Shown in pieces: positions 37,303 through 50,850 of a stretch of 64,000 bases of DNA (the first letter of the stretch is position 1; each line of letters starts with the position of its first letter). The stretch is from positions 13,144,001 to 13,208,000 of the forward strand of contig OX597840.1 in NCBI GenBank assembly GCA_951406725.2, in the 5' to 3' direction. The translations under genes were made by a program, and so were the position numbers. Below the pieces are notes generated by a model that saw nothing but the letters and a program-made list of their open reading frames with translations, was not told where the DNA came from and searched no databases. The DNA is from Octopus vulgaris (Eukaryota).

Positions 37303-38568
37303 TGGCATATGCGTGTGTGTGTGTATGCGGATTGTGTGTGTGTGTGTGTGTATATATATGTGTGTGTGTGTATATATATATGCATGTGTGTCTGTATATA
37401 TATATATATATATAGCGTGTATATAATGTGAATATGTATATCTGTATATGTATGTATATATGTATGCAAGTATATGTGGGTGTGGTGCCCCAACATGGCC
37501 ACAGCTTTAAAAATGAAACTATTTACAGAATTTTAAATATATATATAAACCGATAGGTCATTGATAGTCATTGATAGATAGATGTAGGTATGTGTGTCTC
37601 AATACACAAATTTGCACACATCCTCTTTCATTCATTTCTGCATACGTCTCCAGTTATATTTTCATGGAAGATGGAAATGTTGATTAAAGATTTTTTTGAT
37701 TAAAGATTTTTTCGATTAAAGTTCTTTTTTTCTTTTAGGAGGAGGGAGGAGGCAAAGTTTTAGCATTCATTTGTTTCTATATTTTTATTTTGTTTAGTTG
37801 AATTCTTTTCATTTGAAAAATTTTATATTGATAGAATCTGAGATTTTCTCTCTTCTTTTTTTTTTTTTGAAAAGAAAAGAAAAACAATCAACATCAGGAA
37901 TTGGTTGAGATTAAATAAACAAAAATGGTAAAAACCCAACAAAAAGACATCAACAAAAATTTAAATAGGTTTTGTTTTTATTTCTTTATTTTACCAGAAT
38001 TTTTGACAATGGAATCAACCATTCAACCGACTTAGATTTTCATTTCATTCGTGCTAATCATCGTGGTTTTATGAATTTTATAATTTCAAATAATTTTAAA
38101 CCAAATAACAATAAATATTTAAATAAATATTTCTTTTTTTTTTTTTTGAAAAATAATAAAATATTGAATTTATGATGTCCAAATATCAATCTGACATTTT
38201 GGAAACTTTTAGAAATTTTTCAAATGTTTTTTTTCTTACCATATTTCTTGCGAGGTACTGAATCGAGAACTTTATATTTTCTGCATATGATTATTACTCA
38301 GATATTGACATGTCTGTGTGGTTAATAAGCTTGCTTTCCAAACATGACATTTTGAGTTCAGTCCTACTGTGCAGCAGGCATATTGCACAAGTGTCTTCCA
38401 GTTTAGCCCTGGGCCAACCAAATCCTTGTGAGTGGATTTGATAGAAGAACACTGAAAGAAACTCATTATATATATATATGTACTGTTTCATGATGGTAAG
38501 ATCAACAAAAAAAGTACTCCATCTGGTGAGAGATAAATATCATTTAATAAACACAATATATGTTTTTA

Positions 38569-38654
38569 TATGTTACTATTAGTTTCATGTACTGAGAACA
38601 TGCCAAACATTGTTTTATAATATGTCTGGTGTCCTGGCACAATCATCAGACACT
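38569..38654 (-). ncRNA. Type I hammerhead motif with a long stem II, degenerate
   Basis: RC gtgt-CTGATGA-ttgtgc...ccagacat..atgtttgg...gtacat-GAAA-ctaatag-TA-acat. Confidence 0.55.
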
Positions 38655-38792
38655 ACCCACATGAACTAAAAATGGAGCCAGAGTAAAAGTGAGAAAAGGT
38701 GAGGAGGAAGAACATATAAAAAGTGGGAGGTTAAAAAACTGGTAAACGAAAATGTAATCAAAAGAGTAATCATATATTATGTTTATTAAATA

Positions 38793-38873
<81 letters not shown>

Positions 38874-39002
38874 GTATGTATTTATACACACACACACACA
38901 CAGCATTAATACATTTATCCTATGCTACACAGAGTATCACATACATAACAATTAACTTGGCATGTTGGGGTAAACATCTATTAAAAACAAAATATAAAAA
39001 TA

Positions 39003-39250
39003 TACAAAGTGGTATCAAAAAGTTCCTGGAATAGCTCTGTAGCATGCCAACAGATGGCAGTACAAGGTTGCATGTGTAGTGACAGCTAATAGTGACCTTC
39101 GTGGGGCAGTGTTCTGAGTGACATCGCTGTGTTTACTTCATAACTTGTGAAATTTGTGTTTTTTGTAATCACATGTATGCTGTCGTCTGTGATTTTGTCA
39201 TGGACAAGAACAAAAAGCCAACATGAAATTTTGCGTTAAACTTGGGACCT
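39003..39250 (+). mobile_element. Mariner-like 5' terminal fragment
   Basis: tacaaagtggtatcaaaaagttcctgg end, then ...ANMKFCVKLG, typical of a mariner N-terminus. Confidence 0.55.
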
Positions 39251-40015
39251 TAGCGGAATTTGAACTCAGAATGTAAAGTTGGACAACCACTAAGTATTTT
39301 GTCCAGTGTGCTACTGATTCTGCCAACTCGCCATCTTAATAATAATAATAATAATGATAATAATAATAACAAGAGCATTCAGAGAGTGCAAACCTCCGCC
39401 AAGGCAACACCAATGTCCTCTCAATCATTATCCAGAGATGATTTTTAAAATGAGAATATCTGAAATAAACTCAACTACTCTCGCAAATGAGAATACTAAA
39501 AATGAACCTGACCATTCTCAAAAATTAAGTAAAAAAAAACAGGAAAAATAACCTAGAATCCTTGACCGGTTCCTGACCGATCCCAAAATCTAATCAGTTT
39601 GTGCCAGTTACAAGGACAAACATCCCTGAAAGTTTCATCTGAATCCATCCAGCGGTTCTTGAGATATCTTGTCCACAGACAAACAAAGAAACAAACAAAC
39701 ATGAGTGGAATGGTTGGAACTGGTAAATATTGAAGTGAGGCGTAAATCACAGGCTACTCTTCAGACCAAGGATGTGTGTGTGTATAAGTGAGTAGACAAA
39801 CAAAAGTATAGCACTCAACACATTTATTGGGAGTTACATGTATAGATCAAAACAGTTTTATTCAAAACTTCTTGGTACTCTGAGTTTCAAGTGTGATGCT
39901 AGTCCTCAACTGAGGATTAGCATCACGCTTGAAACTTGGAGTACCAAGGAGTTTGAATCAATCTGTTTTGATCTATATATATAAACACATGTACATGTAT
40001 GTGTGTTTGTGTGGG

Positions 40016-40049
<34 letters not shown>

Positions 40050-40232
40050 GTTACAGAGATGAACTTGCATAGCAAGTGACTTGATCTGAGACAAAAGCAA
40101 TTTCAGCATGAAAGGTGTTTATAAGCCATTTAAAACACACAAAAACCGTTAGATTCACTTCAACATTTAAATTTAATTTAAACTGCGACCTGTTCACTGA
40201 CAAATTATATATATAAATGTTTATATTATATA

Positions 40233-41548
40233 CTAGCAGTATCGCCCGGCGTTGCTCGGGTTTCTCTTTCTCTTTCTCTTTTACTTGTTTCAGTCATTTG
40301 ACTGCGGCCATGCTGGAGCACCGCCTTTAATCGAGCAACTCGACCCTGGGACTTATTCTTTGTAAGCCCAGTACTTATTCTATCGGTCTCTTTTTTTGCC
40401 GAACCGCTAAGTGACGGGGACGTAAACACACCAGCATCGGTTGTCAAGCGATGCTAAGGGGACAAACACAGACACACAAACACACACATACATATATATA
40501 CATATATACGACAGGCTTCTTTCAGTTTCCGTCTACCAAATCCACTCGCAAGGCATTGGTCGGCCCGGGGCTATAGCAGAAGACACTTGCCCAAGATGCC
40601 ACGCAGTGGGACTGAACCCGGAACAATGTGGTTGGTTAGCAAGCTACTTACCACACAGCCACTCCTAAGGGAAATAACTATATAAGCATTTTTAGTGAGT
40701 TATAGCAAAAAAAATAGCAAAAAATGCATTAAAGATGGAATAAAAAATGATAGTAATTTCTTTTTTAAATCGTTGACTCATGTAGACATTTTTAGAGAGT
40801 TACTTCCCTTATATAATAGCGAAAAATGCATTAAAATGGAATAAAAAAATGATGGTAATTTTTTTTTTAATCGTAGACTCATCATAGACGCGCGCTAATA
40901 CCCAGAAGGGCTCGATATGAATCACGACTATAAGATACCCGGTTTTGGTTACACTGCACCGCAAAATGTGGGAGTAGTTAGGAATCTAAATCGTAGGAGA
41001 CAGACACACAACCTTACTTTTATATATAAAGATTTATGCAACAACTAAAACATTCGGTTGTGCAAATTGTTTGCACAGGAAACCTGCCCTGTGTGGCGGT
41101 AATTGCCGTTTTTGTGGATCTGTTTCAGCTTTTTTAGCGATCTCTGTTTTGGCGACTTCAAGCCATGAAGTCGTTGTTCTAAAAGAACGTTGGTCTCCTT
41201 CACAATGCATTACGACGTTGATTTCCTTACACTCCCTTCCCCACAGCTTCACGAGGGAGGGAAGAAGGGGGAGAAGCAACACAGGTGCAGGCGTGAGCGT
41301 GGACGCCAACTCCGCCGCCATCGACACACGAAAAAATATGCATTAAAATGGAATAAAAAATGATGCTAAATTATTTTTAAAATCGTAGACTCATCGTAGA
41401 TGCGCGCTAATACCCAGACGGGCTCGATATGAATCACGACTATAAGATACCCGAATTTGGTTAAACTGCACCGCAAAATTTGGGAGTAGTTAGGAATCTA
41501 AATCGAAGGGGAGAGACACTCACACAACTACAGTTTTATATATATAGA
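40233..41548 (-). mobile_element. Non-autonomous Helitron with internal duplication and a nested SINE
   Basis: Minus strand A|TCTATATATATAAAA ... acccgagcaacgccgggcgatactgCTAG|T: 5'-TC, subterminal hairpin, CTAG-3', AT target, no TSD. Confidence 0.82.
40268..40665 (-). mobile_element. SINE family A copy nested in Helitron (young)
   Basis: Family motifs, CpGs preserved. Confidence 0.88.
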
Positions 41549-41815
41549 TATTTCTATATATGGCTGTGCACTTGTATTTTTGTAATATTTAAAGTTATAA
41601 AATTCTTTAAAATACAAAAGATGTGGAAATCAGTCTATGTTAGAATTTAATCTATCTATCTCTCTGTATGTAATTCTATGTTTCTGTCTTTCTGTATATC
41701 TGTCTGTCTGTATGAGTGTCTGTATGTCTGTCTGTCTATCTATTGATCGATGTATCTATCTGTTGGTGTATCTGTGTGTCTATCTATTGATGTATCTATC
41801 TATCCATCCTTTCAT

Positions 41816-41861
<46 letters not shown>

Positions 41862-42254
41862 ATTGAAATGTCAACAATCTTACAACCACCATCATTATTA
41901 TGATAATTCCTTTGCATCCAATAATGTTGTACAGCCATAAAGAATTCTTAAGAGCTTGCCCAAGCTTCCAACCTTATTGTTTTCTTTCTCAAAAGACTAG
42001 CATTTGAAGAGTTCAGAATTATTCACAATAGACACTGTGGGGTTAACAAAAGAACAGTTTGAAATCTTGGGAAAAAAATAACCAGTATTGATTATTGATT
42101 ATCTCCAGAAGAAATATTGACTATTGATCATGTAGTCTTGTGTGTAGTCTGTGTATTGTAGAGAAGCTTGTTATGTGGTGCAGATATTATTAGTGGGCCT
42201 GTGGGTATTTTCTGCTCTCAATTTGCTGGACAAAATAGTGGTTTCAAATTTTAG

Positions 42255-42680
42255 CACAAGGCCAGCAATTTCGGGGGAGGGGATAAGTCGATTACATTAA
42301 CGCCAGTGTTTAACTGGTACTTTATTTTATCGACCCCAAAAGGATGAAGAGCAAAGTCAACCTTGGAGGAATTTGAACTCTGTACAGAAAGACGGCTGAA
42401 ATACTGCTGAGCATTTTTCCCAGTTTCCTAACAATTCTACCAGCTTGCCACCTTAAGACAGAAAAATAACCTTCTATAAGCACATGGCTAGTAATTTAAG
42501 GAGATGGGGTAAGTCGTTTACATTGACCCCAATATTCAACTGGTACTTATTTTATCAAACTTGAAAGGAAAAAAGACAAAGTTGACCTCGGCAGAATTTG
42601 AACTAAGTACAGAAAGATGGCCAAACTGCTACTAAGCATTTCGGTCAGCCTGCTAATGACTCTGCCAGGTCTCCGCCTTT
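42255..42680 (-). mobile_element. Two tandem copies of a family B-related SINE
   Basis: Core actggtact...tcgaccccaaaaggatgaa..caaagtc repeated. Confidence 0.65.
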
Positions 42681-42884
42681 TTCTGTGGATAAAATAATTA
42701 AGTGCAAAATGTGTTTTGTATATACTTAGTTTACTTTATTTGTTCCAGTCATTAGTGTGTCGCTATCCTAGGGCACGGCTCGAAGGGTTCATGGGTCAAA
42801 GAAATCCACCTGCTCCTTATTTTGAGAGACTGGTACTTATTCTGTCAGTCTCTGTCTCTCTTGCCAAACCGTTAAGTTATGGGG

Positions 42885-44497
42885 ATCATCATCATCATCA
42901 TCATCATCATCATTTAGCGTCCGTTTTCCATGCTAGCATGGGTTGGACGGTTCTGCTGGGGTCTGTGAAGCCAGAAGGCTTCATCAGGCCCAGTCAAATC
43001 TGGCAGTGTTTCTACGGCTGGATGCCCTTCCTAACGCCAACCACTCCGTGAGTGTAGTGGGTGCTTTTTACGTGCCACCCGCACTGGTGCCAGCCAGAGC
43101 TGGCAAACGGCCACGAACGGATGGTGTTTTTTATGTGCCACCGGCACGAGGGCCAGGCGAGGCTGGCAACGAACACGAAACGGGGCGGTGCTGGCAACGG
43201 TCGCGAAACGGAAGGTTCTCTTACATGCCACCGGCACTGGTAACACATCTGCAATTTCCATTGATCGATTTCCATTGATCGATTTCGATTCTGATCCTCA
43301 CTTGCCTCAATGGGTCTTCACAAGCAGAGTTTCGACATGCCACCGGCACTGGTAGCACATCCGCAATTTCCATTGATCGATTTCGATTCTGATCCTCACT
43401 TGCCTCAACACGTCTTCACAAGTAGAGTTTTGTGTCCCAAGAAGGGAAGGTATGCATACGTAGGCTGGCTCCATCCCATGTAGAAGGCCACGGGTTGTGG
43501 ACTCACTTGTCCTGCCGGGTCTTCTCGCGCACAGCACACTTCCAGAGGTCTCGGTCTCTAGTCATTTCCTCGGTGAGACCTAAAGTTCGAAGGTCGTGCT
43601 TCACCACCTCGTCCCAGGTTTTCCTGGGTCTGCCTCTTCCACAGGTTCCCTCAACCGCTAGGGTGTGGCACTTTTCACACAACTATCTTCATCCATTCTC
43701 GCCACATGACCATACCAGCGCAAACGTCTCTCTTGCACACCACAACTGATGCTTCTTAGGTCCAGCTTTTCTCTCAAGGTACTTACACTCTGCCGAGTGT
43801 GAGTACTGGCATTACACATCCATCGGAGCATACTGGCTTCATTTCTAGCGAGCTTACGCATATCCTCAGCAGTCACGGCCCATGTTTCACTGCCATGTAG
43901 CATGGCTGTTCGTACACACGCATCATACAGTCTGCCTTTCACTCTGTGCGAGAGGCCTTTTGTCACCAGCAGAGGTAAGAGCTCTCTGAACTTTGCCCAA
44001 GCTATTCTTACTCTAGCAGTTACACTTTCAGCACACCCGCCCCCGCTGCTGACTTGGTCACCTAGGTAACGGAAACTATCAACTATTTCTAGTTTTTCTC
44101 CCTGGAAAGTGACAGAAGTTGGTCTCAGAGCATTTTCAGTGTTTATTGTTCCTGAGCATCTGCCACATACAAAAACCATCTTCCTAGTTAGCCTTCCTTT
44201 GACATTGCTGCATCTCTTATGTGTCCATAGCTTACACTTGGTGCATCTTATAGAGTTTCTACCTACACCTTTTCTACAGATCGAGCAGGGCCATCTACCT
44301 GAAGGTGTTTGTGATTTGTCTACCTTCCTACTGATTACGACTTTGGTTTTAGCTAGATTGACTCTGAGGCCCTTCGATTCTAATCCTTGTTTCCACACCT
44401 GAAACTTCTCCTCCAGTTCTGATAGCGACTCAGCAATTAGAGCAAGGTCATCAGCATAGAGGAGCTCCCAAGGGCATCCTGTCTTGAATTCCTCCGT
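42885..44497 (-). mobile_element. 5'-truncated RTE-clade LINE: RT C-terminal half, 3'UTR and (GAT)n tail
   Basis: ORF with LLYADDLALIAES, LRVNLAKTKV, FRYLG, HGSETW, RRLRWYGHVARM; after a frameshift near 43670 it continues GRGRPRKTWDEVVKHDL...DRDLW; (cat)n at 42885-42913. Confidence 0.93.
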
Positions 44498-44629
44498 AAA
44501 TGAATTAACACCGGTTGTTGAGCAGTGGTGGTTGACAAACACAATTTAAACACAAAGCTACACACTGATATATACATAAAAGATATAATTTGATATATGA
44601 GTATATATATATATGTATATATATATATG

Positions 44630-44679
<50 letters not shown>

Positions 44680-44680
<1 letters not shown>

Positions 44681-44902
44681 GCGGCGAGCTGGCAGTAGCA
44701 CACCGGGCGAAATGCAAAGCCGTATTTCGTCTGCCGAACGTTCTGAGTTCAAACTCCGCCGAGGTCGACTTTGCCTTTCATCCTTTCGGGGTCGATAAAT
44801 TAAGTACCAGTTACGCACTGGGGTCAATATAATCGACTTAATCCGTTTGTCTGTCCTTGTTTGTCCTCTATGTGTTTAGCCCCTTGTGGGTAGTAAAGAA
44901 AT
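44680..44902 (+). mobile_element. SINE family B copy inserted in (TA)n
   Basis: Family consensus flanked by TA tracts. Confidence 0.88.
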
Positions 44903-44905
44903 GTG

Positions 44906-44959
<54 letters not shown>

Positions 44960-44990
44960 AGTTAAATGCAGGTGTTATTCAAATCCTTTT

Positions 44991-45076
44991 ACTTCCGATA
45001 CATGTTTCGAAGATATCACTGGTATTATTCCAAAGGGATAAAATCATGTAAAACAATGTAATCTCTTCAGGGAAGT
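44991..45076 (-). ncRNA. Degenerate type I hammerhead motif
   Basis: RC acttcc-CTGAAGA-gattac...gatatcttc-GAAA-catg-TA-tcggaagt; palindromic ACATGT stem III. Confidence 0.55.
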
Positions 45077-46117
45077 GAAGAAATGAAACCCGTCAATAAG
45101 CCATTTTAACAGAAAATGAATGTTATGTATAGTGATTAACTGAACGCTATTAAGATTGTTTCAAAAAAACGTTATATAGTATATATATATTATTTTATTT
45201 TATGGTTAATACCATATAGATTTCTGGTGCATCTAAGTTAAGTACCGCATTCATGTGAATTCAATAGAACTCACTTGAATCTTAATTGCTTTTACCATAT
45301 ATATATATACTAATCACACACACACACACACATGGTGGGCTTCTTTCACTTAAAAATATTATGCGAGTGGTTTTGCAAAATTGGATGTTTCAAGCTCTTT
45401 CATTTCATTTGTCTCATAAAAATACACCATTTATGAAAAGTCATTCTAAGAACTACACTCCTAAAATTGTTTGTTGTACTATTTAAAATAATTTAAGTAA
45501 TATTTAAAAAGAAATTTTTTTTTTTTAAATCACTTTCAAAACAATGTTATTGCTCCTTGAACGAAGCTAAAGTTCAAAAATGCTGGTAGTTACGCAAAAG
45601 ATAATTAACACCATGTTTACAGTGTGCTGACAATTCAGTTCTTTTGTTTAAACCATTACTATTTTGTAACAGAATTCATAATTTTTCACTCAAACAACAA
45701 TCACACTGCATTGTTGATTTCAAATGACATTTTAGCACCAAGTATGCTGTTAGTCTTGATGTTAATTTTGCACAAATTTGTATTTCTGTGTATATATGTT
45801 TCTATGTAAATGTATGTATGTATATTTAAAAGGTTTTGCAAAAAATACATGATACAGACAAGAGTGTTTGAAGAAAGATTTTCTTTAATTATTAGCTATT
45901 TTAAAGAAACTCATAGATTTCTTCATAACATGCTAGAAAAATTGAATAACCAAAGTGCTTAAACACAATATGTAAACATCATTCCAAAAAGTTCCTGTCG
46001 TTCCATTTTTTTAAGATTAGTTTTTAAATAGTTCATAAGTTTTTAGAAAATCTTACTACAAATATATATATGTATATATATATACATATAAATATATACA
46101 AATATGTACACACACAA

Positions 46118-46148
<31 letters not shown>

Positions 46149-46548
46149 TCTGTAAATGTAATATGTGACAATTATTTGGTAGCCATGATAAAACTCTGAG
46201 TTTCGGATGTTGGGGTGGAAATCTATTCAGTTATCCGGTCATCAGAAAAAATGCTATGAAAATGATCGTTAAACAAAGGGAAATTACTGTGTGATTGACC
46301 ATTATTAAGACAAAAGAGCTATTTAAATGACCGCTAAGTAAGTGAAGTGAGTAAAGGTAAGGGAGTAAAAATGTACATAGTATTCGCATAAGCACACATG
46401 ACATCCGAAACTTGGAGTTTTATCATGGCTACCGAATGATTGTCACATATTACATTTACAGATAAATTCCTCTATTTACATAATATCGAGGTCTCTCTCA
46501 TTCTTTTGTTGTCTTACCATTTCTATCAATATATATATGTGTGTGTAT

Positions 46549-47110
46549 CTATTGGGTCATTCCATAACTAATGTGGTTTTTTATACTTCTGTATTTTGTA
46601 AAATTAGGATAAAGTTCTTTTTTAATCTAAAATATATTCTCCTTCATTTCCTACAATGCTCTTCCATCTTATCCATTAAGCTTGCAAGGCCCCTCTTCCA
46701 AAAGTTCATTTCTCCATGATGAGAAATACTCCTCCTTTACTGTTCTGACCTCATCTGCAGAATTCATATTTTTCTCCGTCCAAATGATTTTGAAAACTGA
46801 AATAAACGATAATTAGATGGGGCAATGTCTGGCAAATATGTTGGGTGGAACATCGTTTCCCATTCAAACTGTTCCAGCCTTTGGAATGTCATCCTCACTG
46901 TATGTGGCTGAGCATTATCCTGATAGAACACCTTTCATCTTGAAACAAAAGATGGCTGTTTTTCTTTTAGCGCTGACTTAAGCTGCTGAAGTTTCTCATA
47001 GTAGATCTCCTTTGTTATTGTTTGGTTTAAAGGTTCAAAATGGACTAAATTTTCATATCCCACCAAACAGATAACGACACCTTACATGGGTGAAGACCTT
47101 CTTTAGTCTG
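46549..47110 (-). mobile_element. Mariner 3' fragment, degenerate (same family as 31245-31760)
   Basis: RC HPTYLPDIAPSNYRLF; shared terminus. Confidence 0.8.
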
Positions 47111-47367
47111 GGATGCCAATGTTTTTTAATTTTTGTACATATTTATTATTATTCTTTTGCAAAAAACAATGCAACTTTCTTTTTTCCCCTTTCTCATTTT
47201 TAAAAAACTTTTTTACCTAACTATTCTTGATAAGTCACATCATAACGGAAACCGGTTTGAATAAATATATATTTATATATTTTATCAATTTCTCATTTCA
47301 TTAAAATTTTCTTTCAATTTAGCATTCTGCATTTTTACAATTTTTCCTTGCTATATATTTATATATA

Positions 47368-47404
<37 letters not shown>

Positions 47405-48007
47405 TATTTAATAACTATTTGTATTCTTATCTTAAATGCATTGAATTTTATACTGTGTATATATGTATGTTATTATGGTTGTAGTTTTGTTAATTAAATA
47501 AGACAACATTCTAATATCCTAAAGCTGATAAACCAACTAAGGTGTTTCTCCATTTTCTTACTTGTAATATATATATATATATATAAATACACACGTATTA
47601 CACATATGCATGCATATCAATTTGACCAATTGCCATATGTGTGCATATGTGTGTATTTGTATACAAACATCACACACACACATGAGTGTGACTAAAGAAC
47701 ACTCCGGTATAATGTCTTTGAAACTTTGTATTATTCCAGCACCTTCACATTCAGATGATACCCTTATCTCTAAACACCGTGAGTTCACAGAATATATATA
47801 TGTAGCTATATTGGCCTTTATTGCACAAGTTTTCATCTACTCCCTCTCTTTCGCTCTATCTCTCTGCGTCCCTCTCTCACTTTCTCTCTCTGTCCCACTA
47901 TCTCTATTCAGATATATATATATATATGTGTGTGTGTATATATATATACACACACCACCACCACCACTTCAAATATATATTCAATATATATATTCAAATA
48001 TATATTC

Positions 48008-48380
48008 CAGCCATGATGGAGCACTGCTTTTAGTCGAATAAAATCAACCCCAGGACTTACTCTTTGTAAGCCTAGTACTTATTCTTTGGGTCTCTTTTAC
48101 CGAAGTGCTGAGTTATGGAAACATTAACACACCAACATCGGTTGATAGTTGGAGGAGGAGGTCAAACACAGACTCACAAATACATACATACACACACATT
48201 ATATATATACATATATACGACAGGCTTCTTTCAGTTTCCGTCTACCAAATCCACTCACAAGGCTTTGGTCAGACCGGGGATATAGTAGAAGACACTTGCC
48301 CAAGGTGCCACGCAGTGGAACTGAACCCGGAACCATGTGGTTGGGAAGCAAGCTATTTACCACACAGACACTCATGTGCC
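48008..48380 (-). mobile_element. SINE family A copy
   Basis: Family motifs. Confidence 0.85.
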
Positions 48381-48409
48381 TATACACACACAAATATATA
48401 TATAAAAAG

Positions 48410-48722
48410 AGCACTCCATCAGTTACGACAATGAGGGTCCCAGCTGATACGATCAACAGAAGCTTGCCTATGAAATTAACGTGCAAGTGGCTGAGCACTC
48501 CACAAACATGTGTACCCTTAACATAGTTCTCAGGGAGATTCAGTATGACACAGAATGGGACAAGGCCGGCCCTTTGAAATACAGGTACAATTCATTTTTA
48601 CCAGCTGAGTAGACTGGAGCAACGTGAAATAAAGTGTCTTGCTCAAGGACACACTGCATTGCTGGGAATTGAACTCACAATCTTACAATCATGAACTGAA
48701 TACCCTTGCCACTTAGCCATGT
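48410..48722 (-). mobile_element. SINE family D copy with tail X
   Basis: Family motifs on minus strand. Confidence 0.8.
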
Positions 48723-48839
48723 TTTCACTATATATATATATATATATATTAATATTTAGCAGAAGCAACAGAGCAACTCAGGAACTGAGAGTTTTGTGCC
48801 TTGGCACTTTTCAAATTTATGAAACTCTTGGCTCCTTAA

Positions 48840-49072
48840 GGCAGCAAGCTGGCAGAATCATTAGCACACTGGGCGAAATGCTTAGTGGTATTTCGTCTGT
48901 CTTTACATTCTGAGTTTGAATTCCACTGAGGTCGACTTTGCCTTTCATCCTTTTGGAGTCGATAAATTAAGTACCAGTTACGCACTGGGGTTGATATAAT
49001 CAGCTTAATCCCTTTGTCTGTCCTTGTTTGTCCCCTCTGTGTTTATCTCTTTCTGGGCAATAAAGAAATAAG
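48840..49072 (+). mobile_element. SINE family B copy
   Basis: Family motifs. Confidence 0.85.
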
Positions 49073-49522
49073 TAACTCTTGGCTCCTGAGTCACTCATAT
49101 TTTGAGTTCTGTTTTCCCTGCGAGTGTTAGTGTTACTAGTCGAAAGCTCTGCATATTGGAAGCCAGCAAGTGTATGCAGTCCTCAAGAGAGAATGCATGC
49201 CATTTTGGGGGCCTACCTCATATATATACATGCATGTGTATAGATAGAAAGAAAGATAGGTAGATAGGTAGGTACGTACGTACGTAGGTAGATAGATAGA
49301 TAGATATAGATTTTATTGCTATTGACTCATTGTCTTTCTGCATCTCTCCTGTGACCCCCTTCACTCTCTCTCTCTCTCACACACTCCCTCTCTCTCTAGC
49401 TTTTTGTCTCCACTTCTCACCTCTCTGCTTCAATTTCAATGCTGGTGGCTCTACCTTATATTTTTCTTCTGCTCTCTCTCTCTCTCTCTCTGTATGTATG
49501 TGTGTGTGTGTGTGTGTGTGTG

Positions 49523-49583
<61 letters not shown>

Positions 49584-49653
49584 CTTATACATACATATGT
49601 ATATATAAATATACACATGCTTATGCATATAAACATACACATATATGTGTATA

Positions 49654-49701
<48 letters not shown>

Positions 49702-49703
<2 letters not shown>

Positions 49704-49868
49704 TATTTAAAGCAGCAGAAAATTCAACAAAACCTGGTACTCTGAGTTTTTGCCGTCTGATGAACGGCAATGGGAAACTCAGAGTAACAGGTTTTGTTGA
49801 ATTTTCTGCTGCTTTAAATAAAGCATATTACTCTACCACTGGTATTTGAGTACTTTTTTTTCCACCTT

Positions 49869-49872
<4 letters not shown>
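49702..49872 (+). mobile_element. Fold-back PLE pLTR remnant in (TA)n containing a hammerhead core
   Basis: ~48-bp inverted arms (tttatttaaagcagcagaaaattcaacaaaacctg...); CTGATGA-acggcaatgg-GAAA-ctcagag-TA at 49757-49786; related collapsed copy at 28057-28152. Confidence 0.7.
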
Positions 49873-49906
<34 letters not shown>

Positions 49907-50219
49907 CTAATTCTTCCCACTTTGCCCTGTTTTAGTTTCAATGCTGGCTCTTTCTCTCTGTCTATCACGCACATTCTAAATCACGCACGCACACAGACAC
50001 ACATGCGTGCTTTAAACCCACCCAGTCACAGGCTGTGTATGTGATACAAAGCTATATTTGTTGTATATTTACTGTTTACAGTAAACAACACTCCTATCTC
50101 TTTCTCTCTCTCCATTTGTCTTGGTCTCAAAATATTTACTCAACATGACACACATGGAACTTTATTTCCTTATTTCAAATGATTCCATCCATCGCTCTTC
50201 TCCATCTGTTACAATAAAC

Positions 50220-50850
50220 AGGTGTTGTTGTTATTGGTGATGGTGGTGGTGGTGGTGGTGATGGTGGTGGTAATGGTGGCAACAGCAGGGGAAGGGGTGG
50301 ATTAAGGTCTTGGTGGTAAGGGGGTGTATCCTTGTTTGTGGTGGTGGTTGGTGTTGTGATTACAGTGTTGGTGTTGGTGGTGGTGAGGTGCTATGCTGGT
50401 TGTGATAGTTGTGGTTGTGATGGTTGTGGTGGTGGTGGTGGTGGTGATGGTGGTGGTTGTGATGGTGGTAGTGGTGGTGGTGGTGGTGACAGCAGCAAGG
50501 GATGGGGTGGATTAAGGTCTTGGTGGTAAGGGGGTATCCTTGTGTTTGTGGTAGTGGTGGTTGTCATGGTGATTATAGTGTTGGTGGTGGTGGTGAGGGA
50601 GGTATCCTGGTTGGTGTTGTGATTATGATGTTGATGGTGATGATGATGGGCTACACTGGCAGTGGTGGTTGTGATGGTGATATTGGTGGTGTTGGTAATG
50701 GTGATGATGGTTGTGGTAGTGAGGAGTATAGTGGTGGTGGTGGTGGTAGGTGTTATTGTATTTATTATTGTGGTGGTGGTAGGGTTTGTAAGTGACCATG
50801 GTGGCGGTGGCATGTTGGTGGTTATAGTAGGGGCTGTAGTGGTAGTGAAT
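50220..50850. repeat. (GGT)n-rich low-complexity tract with a duplicated ~60-nt motif
   Basis: ggggtggattaaggtcttggtggtaagggg at 50294 and 50504. Confidence 0.85.

Noticed and set aside
43060-43360. CRISPR-like repeat/spacer pattern (tgccaccggcac), also at 25420-25650 and 17010-17290
   Set aside because: Sub-repeats of the RTE 3'UTR; spacers are related to each other, the context is eukaryotic, and there are no cas genes
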